Source: Arcobacteraceae bacterium
Lineage (GTDB): Bacteria > Campylobacterota > Campylobacteria > Campylobacterales > Arcobacteraceae
DNA: 64,000 nucleotides
NCBI GenBank assembly: GCA_963662945.1
Contig: OY759974.1
Coordinates: 992,001 to 1,056,000, forward strand
Direction: 5' to 3'
Part shown: piece after piece, positions 51,221 to 61,209 of the stretch
Layout of the letters: each line of letters starts with the position of its first letter
How positions within the stretch are numbered: position 1 is the stretch's first letter
The notes under the pieces: generated by a model
The model's input: the letters and a program-made list of their open reading frames with translations, nothing else
Told to the model about the DNA's origin: nothing
Databases searched by the model: none
Program-made: the position numbers and the translations under genes

Positions 51221-52033
51221 TTAATTTACTACAGCTTTTGAGATTATCTCTTCTTTATCATCATAAAGTTTTATTTTTAACCCTTCTGTTGCTTTGCCAT
51301 CTTCATCTAGTTCTATCATAACTATTTGCATAACAGTCTTACAATTATTAGGTACTTCAAAATGTCCACCTAATCCAGTAAGAGCTTTTTGAATAGGTAC
51401 ATAACTATCCATTCCTATTACATTATCTCTACATCCAGTAAGTCCAACATCAGTAACATAAAATGTACCCTCTGTAATCTCCAAATCATCAGTTCCTACA
51501 TGTGTATGTGTTCCACATATCGCACTTACTCGACCTTTTAGCATCTGCATTAGAATTCTTTTTTCAGCAGTTACTTCTGCATGAAAATCTATAAAAACAT
51601 ATTTAATTCCCTCTTTTTCTAAGCTATCCACTACTTCTAAGATATGTGTAAAAGGATTAAGGACTTGAGGCATAGTATACAGTCCCATAAGATTTATTAT
51701 TGCTAGAGATTTACCATTTACCTCTAGTTTTAATACTCCACTACCAGGAACATCTTGAGGATAATTATCTGGTCGTAAAACAGGTTTTGTTTCAAATAGT
51801 GTTAAAATATCTTTCTTTTTATCCCACGTATGGTTTCCACCTGTTATAACATCAATGCCACAATTAAAAAGTTCTTGTGCATTTTTAACTGTTAATCCAA
51901 ATCCATGACTAGCATTTTCTCCATTTGCAATAACTATATCAATTCCATGTTCAGATTTTAATCTTTCTAAATTATTTTTAATAATTTTTCTACCTGGTCT
52001 TCCTACTATATCCCCTATAAATGCTATTTTCAA
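51221..52033 (-). CDS. YmdB/TIGR00282 metallophosphoesterase
   Basis: FIGDIVGRPGR, ANGENASHG, TGGNHTWD, DFHAE, GTHTHV. Confidence 0.93.
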   Translation of the reverse strand: MKIAFIGDIVGRPGRKIIKNNLERLKSEHGIDIVIANGENASHGFGLTVKNAQELFNCGIDVITGGNHTWDKKKDILTLFETKPVLRPDNYPQDVPGSGVLKLEVNGKSLAIINLMGLYTMPQVLNPFTHILEVVDSLEKEGIKYVFIDFHAEVTAEKRILMQMLKGRVSAICGTHTHVGTDDLEITEGTFYVTDVGLTGCRDNVIGMDSYVPIQKALTGLGGHFEVPNNCKTVMQIVMIELDEDGKATEGLKIKLYDDKEEIISKAVVN

Positions 52034-52042
52034 TCCTACCCT

Positions 52043-53800
52043 TTAGTCTAATTTTAATCTCACTTCAAAAACAGCACCTTCATCTTCATTATATGCTATT
52101 ATTGTCCCGTTTTGATCTTCTATAATTTTTTTTGCAATATTTAAACCAACACCAATACCACCATGCTCTTTAAAACTCACAAATGGTTCAAAGATATTTT
52201 CTAAAATTGATTTATCTATTCCTCCACCATTATCTTTAAACTTCACAAAAATTTCATCATTTGTACTGCTAATATCTATTGTAAACTTTCGCTTTTCAAA
52301 ATCATCAATATATATAAGTTGATCCAATGCATTTTTAATAATAACTATCCATACTTGCTCAATTCTTTGTCTTTGTACTTTTGCATTAAATACAAACCTA
52401 TTTTTATCTATATTCATATCAAATTTTTTACCATTTAAATATAAATTTGTAATTTGGCTTATAGAATTATGACTTACAATTAAAGCAGTAACAATAGTAC
52501 TATAAATATTAATTATTTCTTTTTTTTCACTTGCAACCTGAGAAACTTCTTTCATAGATTCAATAATATTGGCAATTCTATCAATTCCTTCTGATATTTT
52601 TATAGAGTCATTTTTCATTCTCGTTTTTATTTCACTTGATTCTAAATCATCAATATCATAATTCATCATCTCAAAATTACCTTTTATATAGGTAAGTGGG
52701 GTATTTATTTCGTGAGTGATACCTGCAGCTAAAGCCCCAATAGAACTTAACTTTGCACTTTCTAATTGTTCTTTTTGTATCATCTCTAGTTGTTTGGTAC
52801 TTTTTTCTACTTCTTGCTGAATTTTTTCATTAAGAGACTTATTTAAAGCTTCTAACTTTTTTTTATCTTCTAAAGAGTTGATTACAACAACAAAATTTTT
52901 TTTATCAGGTAACATATTTAATGAAAACTCTATATGAATTTGATTTCCAAATTTATCATCACAAACTTTTTCAACTTGAGCAACTACACCTGTTTTTCTA
53001 GCTATTTCTAAAGATTTTATCGTAATATCTTTATATCCTACACTTGACATTTCTATACAATTTTTTCCTATCATCTCTTCAGGAGTGTACCCAAAAAGTT
53101 TTGTATAATATCCATTGACACTTAAAAAATTACCATCTAAATCAATAGTTCCAATACCACTATTTGCAAATTTTATAATTGCATCAATCTGTTCCATTTT
53201 CAATTGAACGTTTTTTTTATCTGTTATATCTTGACGTATTGCACTATATCCGATAATAGTATTGTTATCATCAAAAATTGGCTCAATATAAGCCATAACC
53301 CAATAAGAAGCACCATTTTTTTTTCTATTTTTTACTTCACCTGACCAACTTTTTCCTGATGATATAGTGTCCCAAAGATTTTTAAATGCTTCTTTTGACA
53401 TATCTGGATGTCTTATTAATGAATGTGGTTTTCCTATTAATTCCTCTTTAGCATAACCAGAAATATCACAAAATGCTTCATTTGCACTAGTAATAACACC
53501 TTTTGTATCTGTTGTAGTTCTGATTATATATTTATCTACTAAAGATAATGACTTTTCTAGCTCTTGAGTTTTTAATTGTAATTTATTGTTGAGATTTTGT
53601 TGAGATTTTTTATTGTAATTTGAAAATATATAACTGAGAAAAAAAGAAACTAATGTTGAACCTATAAAAACAATAATAATAAGTTCAACATAATTTTCTT
53701 TATCAAAATGAGAAAATAAAAAATATGTAAAAACTGAAGTTAACCCACCAAGTATTGTAAATAAACCAAGAAGCTTCGTATTAAAATATAATTTTGACAT
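52043..53800 (-). CDS. Membrane PAS-PAS sensor histidine kinase
   Basis: 2 TMs, two PAS domains, AGITHEINTPL H-box, DNGGGI, IFEPF, GVGLNI. Confidence 0.93.
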   Translation of the reverse strand: MSKLYFNTKLLGLFTILGGLTSVFTYFLFSHFDKENYVELIIIVFIGSTLVSFFLSYIFSNYNKKSQQNLNNKLQLKTQELEKSLSLVDKYIIRTTTDTKGVITSANEAFCDISGYAKEELIGKPHSLIRHPDMSKEAFKNLWDTISSGKSWSGEVKNRKKNGASYWVMAYIEPIFDDNNTIIGYSAIRQDITDKKNVQLKMEQIDAIIKFANSGIGTIDLDGNFLSVNGYYTKLFGYTPEEMIGKNCIEMSSVGYKDITIKSLEIARKTGVVAQVEKVCDDKFGNQIHIEFSLNMLPDKKNFVVVINSLEDKKKLEALNKSLNEKIQQEVEKSTKQLEMIQKEQLESAKLSSIGALAAGITHEINTPLTYIKGNFEMMNYDIDDLESSEIKTRMKNDSIKISEGIDRIANIIESMKEVSQVASEKKEIINIYSTIVTALIVSHNSISQITNLYLNGKKFDMNIDKNRFVFNAKVQRQRIEQVWIVIIKNALDQLIYIDDFEKRKFTIDISSTNDEIFVKFKDNGGGIDKSILENIFEPFVSFKEHGGIGVGLNIAKKIIEDQNGTIIAYNEDEGAVFEVRLKLD

Positions 53801-53831
53801 ACAATCTAGTTTATCTACTTACTATTCTAAA

Positions 53832-54206
53832 TTATTTTGATAAAACTTCATTTATTTTAGTTTCGATTGCCTGTAATGAATCAAATGGTTTCATTAAATA
53901 ATGTGTTGCACCATGTTTATGCGACTTTAAAACTTTATCTAAAGTTGAATATGCAGTCATCATAATAACTTTTTGTTCAGGATTTTTATCCATTATTTTT
54001 TCTAATGCATCAAGCCCATTCATTTGTGGCATCATAATATCTAAAAGAACTATATCGTAAGTTTTATCTATAGTTTCAACTGCAGTAATACGATTAGAAA
54101 AAGTAGTCACTTGATATTTTTCACTTCTATTTAAAAATCGTTGTATCATACTTAAAATTTCATTTTCATCATCTACTACTGCTACTTTATATACATTCTT
54201 ATTCAT
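53832..54206 (-). CDS. Single-domain response regulator
   Basis: VVDDE, LLDIMMPQMNG, MMTA, YLMKPF. Confidence 0.93.
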   Translation of the reverse strand: MNKNVYKVAVVDDENEILSMIQRFLNRSEKYQVTTFSNRITAVETIDKTYDIVLLDIMMPQMNGLDALEKIMDKNPEQKVIMMTAYSTLDKVLKSHKHGATHYLMKPFDSLQAIETKINEVLSK

Positions 54207-54209
54207 TGA

Positions 54210-55616
54210 TTACCCCTTTTTATTTTCAAATAAATCTTTTGCTGCAAGTTTCATAATTTGATTATTTTTTTCTTCCAACATATGATCTAACACATCAAAT
54301 ACTTGCTGACTTGCTGCTTCTATTTTAGTAACTTTATCCTCTATTACAGCTTTAGAACACACTACTGTATTACCAGCACATTCTTTTGCCAATGCATTTG
54401 CTTCATCATGTACCATTTTATGTGGTACATTTAAACTTGCATAAGATTTAGTAGTTCCAAATTCTGTTTTTCCTAAACCTGTATCATACCATTTTCCTAA
54501 TCTACACATTGTGTGTTCTGTTGGTTTAAAGTTATTACTTTCACCAAATAATAATTGATATAAATTATTTTTATATATTACGTGGTCAAGTTTTGCAAGA
54601 TTTACAAATATTTTATTACTTATTGCATCAACTTCATAAACATTTCTTCCTGAATTTTTTTGGAATCTATTCATAAGTTTAATCAAAATATCTACTCTAT
54701 CTTTTGTTTCTACAACAACTTTTGCAACAACATCAGAACTTGTTTTCATTCTAGCTGTTTCTTCTTGAATAGCAACTACCACATCTTTTATCTCTCGTGC
54801 AGCATCGGCACTTCTAGAAGCCAGGTTTCTCACCTCTTGTGCAACTACAGCGAATCCTTTTCCTGCTTCACCTGCTGTTGCTGCTTCTACTGCTGCGTTA
54901 AGTGAGAGAATATTTGTTTGGAATGCAATTTGATCAATTACAGTTATCGCATGTGCAATATCATCACTTTTTTGTACTAAATTTGTTACAATTTCATTTT
55001 CAGTTACAATTTGATTGTTAAGATTTTCTGTGTCACTTACAATACTTTTTGTTAATAATAAACCTTCATTTGAACCTTCAGCTGTTTCTTTTGATTCTTT
55101 TGACATATTATCAAGTTCTTCTAGTAATTCCTGATACACACTTTGAGTATTCATTAATGAGTGGTTAATGTTTTGATTATGTTTATGTAACAGTCCATCA
55201 TCTGCATTATCATGAATTGATGTTTTTACCAAAGATACTATAGTAAGATTATCATATTTTTTATATTCTAACCTAGCTTCACAATCTTCAATAATAATTC
55301 GATCTCCATTTTTTGCTACCACTTCAACTAAAGCTTGTGTATTTTTAATATTTTCTTTAGCTCTATTATTCATAAAAAGAATATGATTTTGATTATCAAA
55401 GGCAACAATTCCTTCATTTGTTGAAAATGAAGCAATCCGTTCTAGAGTAATTTTTTTAGATTCAACATCAGCAAGTTTTTTATCATAATCTGATATTAAC
55501 TTTTGAATTTCACTTTTACTTTTTTGTTCTACTTCTTGTAGCTTATCCTCAAGTTCTTGAACTTTCGACTTTAGTAACTCACATTCTTGTTCTTTAGCTT
55601 TATTGGAAAAAAACAT
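54210..55616 (-). CDS. Soluble chemoreceptor with C-terminal CZB domain (TlpD-like)
   Basis: No TM; MCP tip motif; [20 protein letters not shown] and HKMVH zinc-binding motif. Confidence 0.9.
   Translation of the reverse strand: MFFSNKAKEQECELLKSKVQELEDKLQEVEQKSKSEIQKLISDYDKKLADVESKKITLERIASFSTNEGIVAFDNQNHILFMNNRAKENIKNTQALVEVVAKNGDRIIIEDCEARLEYKKYDNLTIVSLVKTSIHDNADDGLLHKHNQNINHSLMNTQSVYQELLEELDNMSKESKETAEGSNEGLLLTKSIVSDTENLNNQIVTENEIVTNLVQKSDDIAHAITVIDQIAFQTNILSLNAAVEAATAGEAGKGFAVVAQEVRNLASRSADAAREIKDVVVAIQEETARMKTSSDVVAKVVVETKDRVDILIKLMNRFQKNSGRNVYEVDAISNKIFVNLAKLDHVIYKNNLYQLLFGESNNFKPTEHTMCRLGKWYDTGLGKTEFGTTKSYASLNVPHKMVHDEANALAKECAGNTVVCSKAVIEDKVTKIEAASQQVFDVLDHMLEEKNNQIMKLAAKDLFENKKG
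54854..54944. repeat. MCP tip DNA repeat, copy 2
   Basis: 87/91 nt identical to 46321-46411. Confidence 0.85.
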
Positions 55617-55676
55617 CTTAGATACCCTTGAATTTTAAATTTTAATGATTATATCTCATTGAAGATTATATAAAAA

Positions 55677-56708
55677 TTAATTATACACGCAATAGCCACT
55701 ACTAAATGCCCATTGAAAATTATAACCCCCTAATTCCCCAGTTATATCAACTACTTCACCTATAAAATAGAGACCTTTTTGGTACTTACTTTCCATATTT
55801 TTTTCTAACTCTTTCACTAAAATTCCACCTTTTGTCACTTCTGCTTTTGTATATCCAAAATTTCCTGCAGGTGCCATTTGATAATTATGAATATCAATAT
55901 CTATATTCTTAATAGCTTGTTTAAATCTTTTTGGTAAATAACTATCTTTATATGGTGCAAAATCTATTACTATATTTCCTTTTTTCCAATAGAGTGATGT
56001 AGTTAAAATTACTGGTCCACTACACCCTTTATGGGTAAAAAGCATTTTCCCTTCTATGGTTTTATCTTCAACTTTTATTTTTGCATCAAGAGATAAACCA
56101 CTTAACTCTTTAAACCAAAATTCTGATTTTTGTACTGTAAATCCTACTAGTGCAGGATCGAGTCTATTGACTGTATGTCCAAACTTTTTTGCTATTTTAA
56201 ATCCTATATCTGTAGCACCAAGTGTTGCATATGATAATCCCCCGGATGCCACAATCAACTCTTTTGATTCTAAGATTCCATGGGTAGTTTCAATAATAAA
56301 TTTTTCATCTTGAAACTCCACATTCAACACTTCACAATTAAGATATTGTTTTGTTTTTGAAATAAGTTTTTTAAATATAGTAATTGGTTCATCACTACTT
56401 TTACAAAAATAAGTTCCTTTGACTATTTTTTCATTGATTATTGGATGAACACCATTTTTATTTAAAAAAGCAAGTAATTTTTTATTATCAAATCTTTTAA
56501 AAACATCATCTATGAAATTTTCATCTCCAAGATAATATTTACTATTAAGATATTTATTTGTGATATTACACTTAGCACCACCACTTATCTTAATTTTTGC
56601 ACCTATACTAGGATTTTTGTCTATTATACAAACTTTTTTATTTTGCAATCTACTAGCAGCCATAAGTCCACTAGCTCCTGCTCCTATTATAGCTATATCA
56701 TAAATCAT
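55677..56708 (-). CDS. HI0933/BaiN-family flavoprotein
   Basis: GAGASG, KIKISGGAKCNITN, FTHKGCSGP, AEVTKGG, GELGGYNFQWAFSSG. Confidence 0.93.
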   Translation of the reverse strand: MIYDIAIIGAGASGLMAASRLQNKKVCIIDKNPSIGAKIKISGGAKCNITNKYLNSKYYLGDENFIDDVFKRFDNKKLLAFLNKNGVHPIINEKIVKGTYFCKSSDEPITIFKKLISKTKQYLNCEVLNVEFQDEKFIIETTHGILESKELIVASGGLSYATLGATDIGFKIAKKFGHTVNRLDPALVGFTVQKSEFWFKELSGLSLDAKIKVEDKTIEGKMLFTHKGCSGPVILTTSLYWKKGNIVIDFAPYKDSYLPKRFKQAIKNIDIDIHNYQMAPAGNFGYTKAEVTKGGILVKELEKNMESKYQKGLYFIGEVVDITGELGGYNFQWAFSSGYCVYN

Positions 56709-57502
56709 TATTTATAAGCTTTAACTACAAATCCTCTTTTATTTTTATGTGTTATTGTATAATTAACACTATCAATTTGTACCTGTTTACCTAAGTATTG
56801 TCGTATCACCCAACTAGCTTCTACTACTCTTTGTTTTGAAAGTCCATGTTGTGCATATTTTGAAAGATTTCCTACTCTTTGTTTACCATAAACATCTTCA
56901 AGTTTTTCAATCAATTTAAACTCTTGCTTATCTATAAGTCCAATTACCTCAAATCTTTTTGCATCTTTATTATTATTCAAAAACTCTAAGAGTGCTTTTT
57001 TACACTCTTTTGTTATATATTCACTGCTACTTTTTAATGTCTTACAAGTATATGTATAAGTTTTCCCAGATTTTCCCATAGTATCTGATGTAGCAATATC
57101 ATCTACTTTTTGATCTTCTGGGATAAGTGCTATACTTGTATCCATTCTTGTATGTGTATTATTTTGGGTTGCAATAATTTTCTCTACAACTTTTGGTTCT
57201 TTTTTAACCACAGCCTCTTCCAGTTTTTTCAAAGTACTAAGATTTTGTGTTTCTAATTGATTTACTTTGTAATCATAAAGTGATTTTAAAACATATTTAT
57301 CTTGTATATAAAGAGGTAGTGTATCAAAACTCACATCCTCTTTTTTAATATAATTATCTTTAATATGGTCTTTTTGTACAATCTCTTTTGTACCATGAAG
57401 ATATCCAATATATCCCAATAATACAACTATTATAAAAAGTAATATATATATTAAACCATTGCTTTGTTGTGGTTTTTCTTGTTGAGTATTTAGTTGTTCC
57501 AT
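56708..57502 (-). CDS. Membrane-anchored hypothetical protein, possible degenerate OmpA-like C-terminus
   Basis: N-terminal TM; FEVIGLID ... GLSKQRV ... RGFVVK resembles an OmpA_C-like pattern. Confidence 0.55.
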   Translation of the reverse strand: MEQLNTQQEKPQQSNGLIYILLFIIVVLLGYIGYLHGTKEIVQKDHIKDNYIKKEDVSFDTLPLYIQDKYVLKSLYDYKVNQLETQNLSTLKKLEEAVVKKEPKVVEKIIATQNNTHTRMDTSIALIPEDQKVDDIATSDTMGKSGKTYTYTCKTLKSSSEYITKECKKALLEFLNNNKDAKRFEVIGLIDKQEFKLIEKLEDVYGKQRVGNLSKYAQHGLSKQRVVEASWVIRQYLGKQVQIDSVNYTITHKNKRGFVVKAYK

Positions 57503-57503
57503 T

Positions 57504-60482
57504 TTATTTTCCTTTTTTTGTCAAATAATTCATCGTAGCATTAATAAGGTCATCATCATCTCTACTATTTGCTTTGATTGTTTCTTTTGTTTCATCATTA
57601 TACACTATGGTTATATTCATATCATAATTACTTATAGTTTTAATATGTTTTTCAAGTGCATTTATTTTTATAATTATAAGCTCTATAAACTGTTTTGTAG
57701 GTAAATCGAGTTTCCCAAATCTATCTTCCATCTCATCTTGTATCATAAATACATCTTTTTTAGACTCAGCCCGACTAAGACGTCTATAAAGTTCAAGTCT
57801 TACTCTATCTTCACTAATATAATCACTTGAAATAAAAGCTGTAATACTTAGTTTAATATCAACCTCTTTTGTCTCTTCTTTCAGTTCTCCACTTAAAGTT
57901 GCAATTGCTTCCTCTAACATTTTTAGATAAAGTCCATATCCTATTTGTTTGATATGTCCACTTTGAGCTTCCCCGATAATATTCCCACCACCTCGTATCT
58001 CTAAATCTTGATGGGCTAAAGCTGTACCACTTCCAAGATATGAGTTACTTTCTAAGGCAAGAAGTCTTCGTATAGCATCTTTTGTAATAGTTTTTTTATC
58101 CTCAACCAAAAAGTAACAATATCCCTCTTTATCACTTCTTCCAACACGACCTCTTAGCTGATGGAGATCTGCAATTCCAAATCTATCTGCACCATCTATT
58201 ATCATACTATTTGCATTTGGCAAGTGAAGTCCTGATTCTACTATACTTGTTGCAAGAAGTATATCAATCTCTCCAGCTGCAAAGGCTTCAATAGTCTCTT
58301 CACTTTGTTTTGGTGTGATTTGTGAATGCATCACAGCAATTTTAAGATTTGGTATTATTTGTAATAAATCAGCTTTTTTAGTCTCAATTGTAGCAATATT
58401 ATTATAAATATAAAAAAGTTGTCCACCACGTCTTTTTTCTCGCAAGATTATCTCTTTGATAAGTTTCTCATCATACTCTTTTACAAAACTTCGCACCCCA
58501 AGTCTTTCACTTGGAGGAGTTAGTAAACTACTCATCCCTTTTACTTTTGATAAAGCAAGATTCAGTGTTCTTGGTATTGGTGTAGCACTCATTGAGAAGA
58601 TATGTACATCACTTCTAAGCTCTTTTAATTTCTCTTTTTGTTTTACACCAAACTTATGCTCTTCATCTATTACTACAAGACCTAAATTGTGTGTTTTAAC
58701 TCCAAGAAGCGCATGGGTTCCCACAACTAAATCTATCTTTCCACTTTCAAGTGATTGTTTGATAGCATTTCTATCTTTCCCTACAGTTCTTCCATCAAGT
58801 TTAGCCACTTTTATACCAAATGGTTCCAGTCTTTTTTTAATCCCCTCAAAATGTTGGCTTGCAAGAAGTGTTGTAGGACAAACAAACAATGCTTGATATC
58901 CATTAAGTATAGTTGCCAATATACCATTTAAAGCAACTTCTGTTTTCCCAAATCCAACATCTCCACTTAAAAGTCTATCCATAACCAAACCACTAGAAAT
59001 ATCAGCTAAAAACTCTTTGATACTTCTATTTTGATCTTTTGTGTATTCAAACCCAGCTTGAGATTGAAGAAGTTGTATCTCCTCTTTTGAAGTATCTATA
59101 TAGATCCCTTTTGTAAGCTCTCGTTTCGCTGCAAGTGCTATAATATCTCCAGCTATGGCAAAAAGTCTCTCTTTTACTTTTGATTTAAGCTTCGCAAAAC
59201 TTCCTTTTCCAAGCTTATCAACAACTGCAATACTTCCACTATCAGCCAAATATCTATCAATAATCCCAATATTCTCAACTGGTATTAAAAGTCTATCATC
59301 CCCAGCATACTGTACTATCACAAAATCTCTCTTTGCACCCATAACAGTAACTGGCTCAATCCCTTTAAACTGACCAATTCCATGAATCTCATGTACCACA
59401 AAATCATCTTTTTGTAACTCATCAAGAACGATTTTTGGTTTCTTTTTCCGTTTCTTTTTAACCTCTTTGTTAAGAGAGATAATAACCTCATCATCACTTA
59501 CTAGATTTATTACCTGATAATCTATTTTGTAAGTGATATTTTTATCAGTTATATCTAATTCATGTGAACGAATTTTTCCTTCAGTTGAAGAGATAATAGT
59601 AACTTTTTTTCCAGCATGAAATTGTAAAAACTCTTTGATATTTACCACATCAATTTTTTTATAAGTATCATCTTCATTTAAAGCTGGAAGAGTAAGTAGT
59701 TTTTCTTTCTCTACCCTTTTTTCTTCAAAAATATATGCTTCTTCTATCTCAGAAAGTGCCTCTTTTGTAATAACACTTTTTAATTTCTGGGTATAATAAG
59801 TGGCATCATCATCTAAAAACCAAAATCCAAGTGAGTGTATATCTTTTTGAAATACATCAATATTGCTATTTTCTATTTTCTCATTTAGAACTGCTAATTT
59901 TTGTTCATCTAAAGCTAAAAATGAAGCAGAGAGTGTAAAGTTTTCCAACTCCTCTTTAAATGACTTTTGATTTTCCACATCAAATTTTCGAATACTCTCA
60001 ATCTCAGTATCAAATAAACTCACCCTATATCCATATTCCTCATGGGGTGGACAAATATCAATAATATCTCCCCTTATAGAAACTTCACCAGCTTCAGATA
60101 CAATATCAACAAAGTAGTATCCCCAATTATAAAGCTTCTCCTTTAACTCATCTAAATCAATAGTCTCCCCAAACTCTAAAGTTAAACTATCAAAACAATT
60201 CTCATTTGGAAGTGGATAAGATATAGTACGAAGTGGAGAGATAAGAATTTTATCTTGTTTTTTATACTTATGATACTCCTGAAGCGTTGCTGTTAACTCT
60301 TTAATCTCATCAGAAAACGAAAGTAAATCATCCCCAAAATTTGCTCGCAAATCACTTAACACAAAAGGAGTTTTTCCTAAAAATGAGGCACAATCTCGTG
60401 CTATATTTGCTTGTTTTTCATCCGCTACAATTAAAAGTTGTGTATCTTTGTTGTTTTTTATATGGTTAAATATTTTATTCAT
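57504..60482 (-). CDS. mfd: Transcription-repair coupling factor
   Basis: RGDIIDI, CarD-like VVHEIHGIG, GDVGFGKTEVA, DEEHKFGV, SATPIPRTL, QLRGRVGR, DLEIRGGGN, TRCF domain. Confidence 0.97.
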   Translation of the reverse strand: MNKIFNHIKNNKDTQLLIVADEKQANIARDCASFLGKTPFVLSDLRANFGDDLLSFSDEIKELTATLQEYHKYKKQDKILISPLRTISYPLPNENCFDSLTLEFGETIDLDELKEKLYNWGYYFVDIVSEAGEVSIRGDIIDICPPHEEYGYRVSLFDTEIESIRKFDVENQKSFKEELENFTLSASFLALDEQKLAVLNEKIENSNIDVFQKDIHSLGFWFLDDDATYYTQKLKSVITKEALSEIEEAYIFEEKRVEKEKLLTLPALNEDDTYKKIDVVNIKEFLQFHAGKKVTIISSTEGKIRSHELDITDKNITYKIDYQVINLVSDDEVIISLNKEVKKKRKKKPKIVLDELQKDDFVVHEIHGIGQFKGIEPVTVMGAKRDFVIVQYAGDDRLLIPVENIGIIDRYLADSGSIAVVDKLGKGSFAKLKSKVKERLFAIAGDIIALAAKRELTKGIYIDTSKEEIQLLQSQAGFEYTKDQNRSIKEFLADISSGLVMDRLLSGDVGFGKTEVALNGILATILNGYQALFVCPTTLLASQHFEGIKKRLEPFGIKVAKLDGRTVGKDRNAIKQSLESGKIDLVVGTHALLGVKTHNLGLVVIDEEHKFGVKQKEKLKELRSDVHIFSMSATPIPRTLNLALSKVKGMSSLLTPPSERLGVRSFVKEYDEKLIKEIILREKRRGGQLFYIYNNIATIETKKADLLQIIPNLKIAVMHSQITPKQSEETIEAFAAGEIDILLATSIVESGLHLPNANSMIIDGADRFGIADLHQLRGRVGRSDKEGYCYFLVEDKKTITKDAIRRLLALESNSYLGSGTALAHQDLEIRGGGNIIGEAQSGHIKQIGYGLYLKMLEEAIATLSGELKEETKEVDIKLSITAFISSDYISEDRVRLELYRRLSRAESKKDVFMIQDEMEDRFGKLDLPTKQFIELIIIKINALEKHIKTISNYDMNITIVYNDETKETIKANSRDDDDLINATMNYLTKKGK

Positions 60483-60501
60483 CTATCTTCTTACTATTTT
60501 T

Positions 60502-61209
60502 TTAAATCACTAGTGCACTCAATAGTCCAATAGCTCCACCAAAAACTCCACCCCAAACCACAAGCCATCCAAGATGTTCTTTTATAATATGTTGTACTAA
60601 CTCTTTTACCATTTTTGGATTGAGTTCATCAAGTCTAGCAGTTACTACTGTATCAATTTTTTTTGATAAATCATCAGTAATATTTTGATTTGATAAACTT
60701 TTTTGCAATGTAGTTTGAAAAGTATCTGTATGGACTATCTCATTGATAGCTTTTTTCATCTTGATTTCAAATGGCTCTTTAAGTGGCTCTAAAGCTTTCT
60801 CTCCACCAAACATCCCAAGCATTCCACCAAAACTTGACTCCATAACGGCACTTTTTAGGCTCTCAAATGCTATAGAAAAGTCTGTGCTATTTATTAAATT
60901 TGTAAAATCAAACTTTTTATCATCGCTACTTAATTCACTTTGAAAAAACTTATTAAGATTTTCTTTTGTAAAAAACTGCTCCATAATAAGAGCGTGAATA
61001 GAACTTTTAAACTCTTCAAATCTATTCTCAACCACACCACTTCCATATAAAAATGGCACTTTTTCAAATAACATATGTACAGCCAACCAATTTGTAACAG
61101 CACCACTTAAAGCAAAAAGTCCAACTGTTAATACAACACTACTATTTATAAAAAAACCAACTATTACTACTAAAAATGCAACACCATTTGTTGCTAAACT
61201 TTTATTCAT
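60502..61209 (-). CDS. DUF445-family membrane protein
   Basis: GAVTNWLAVHMLFEKVP, EHLGWLVVWGGVFGG. Confidence 0.88.
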   Translation of the reverse strand: MNKSLATNGVAFLVVIVGFFINSSVVLTVGLFALSGAVTNWLAVHMLFEKVPFLYGSGVVENRFEEFKSSIHALIMEQFFTKENLNKFFQSELSSDDKKFDFTNLINSTDFSIAFESLKSAVMESSFGGMLGMFGGEKALEPLKEPFEIKMKKAINEIVHTDTFQTTLQKSLSNQNITDDLSKKIDTVVTARLDELNPKMVKELVQHIIKEHLGWLVVWGGVFGGAIGLLSALVI

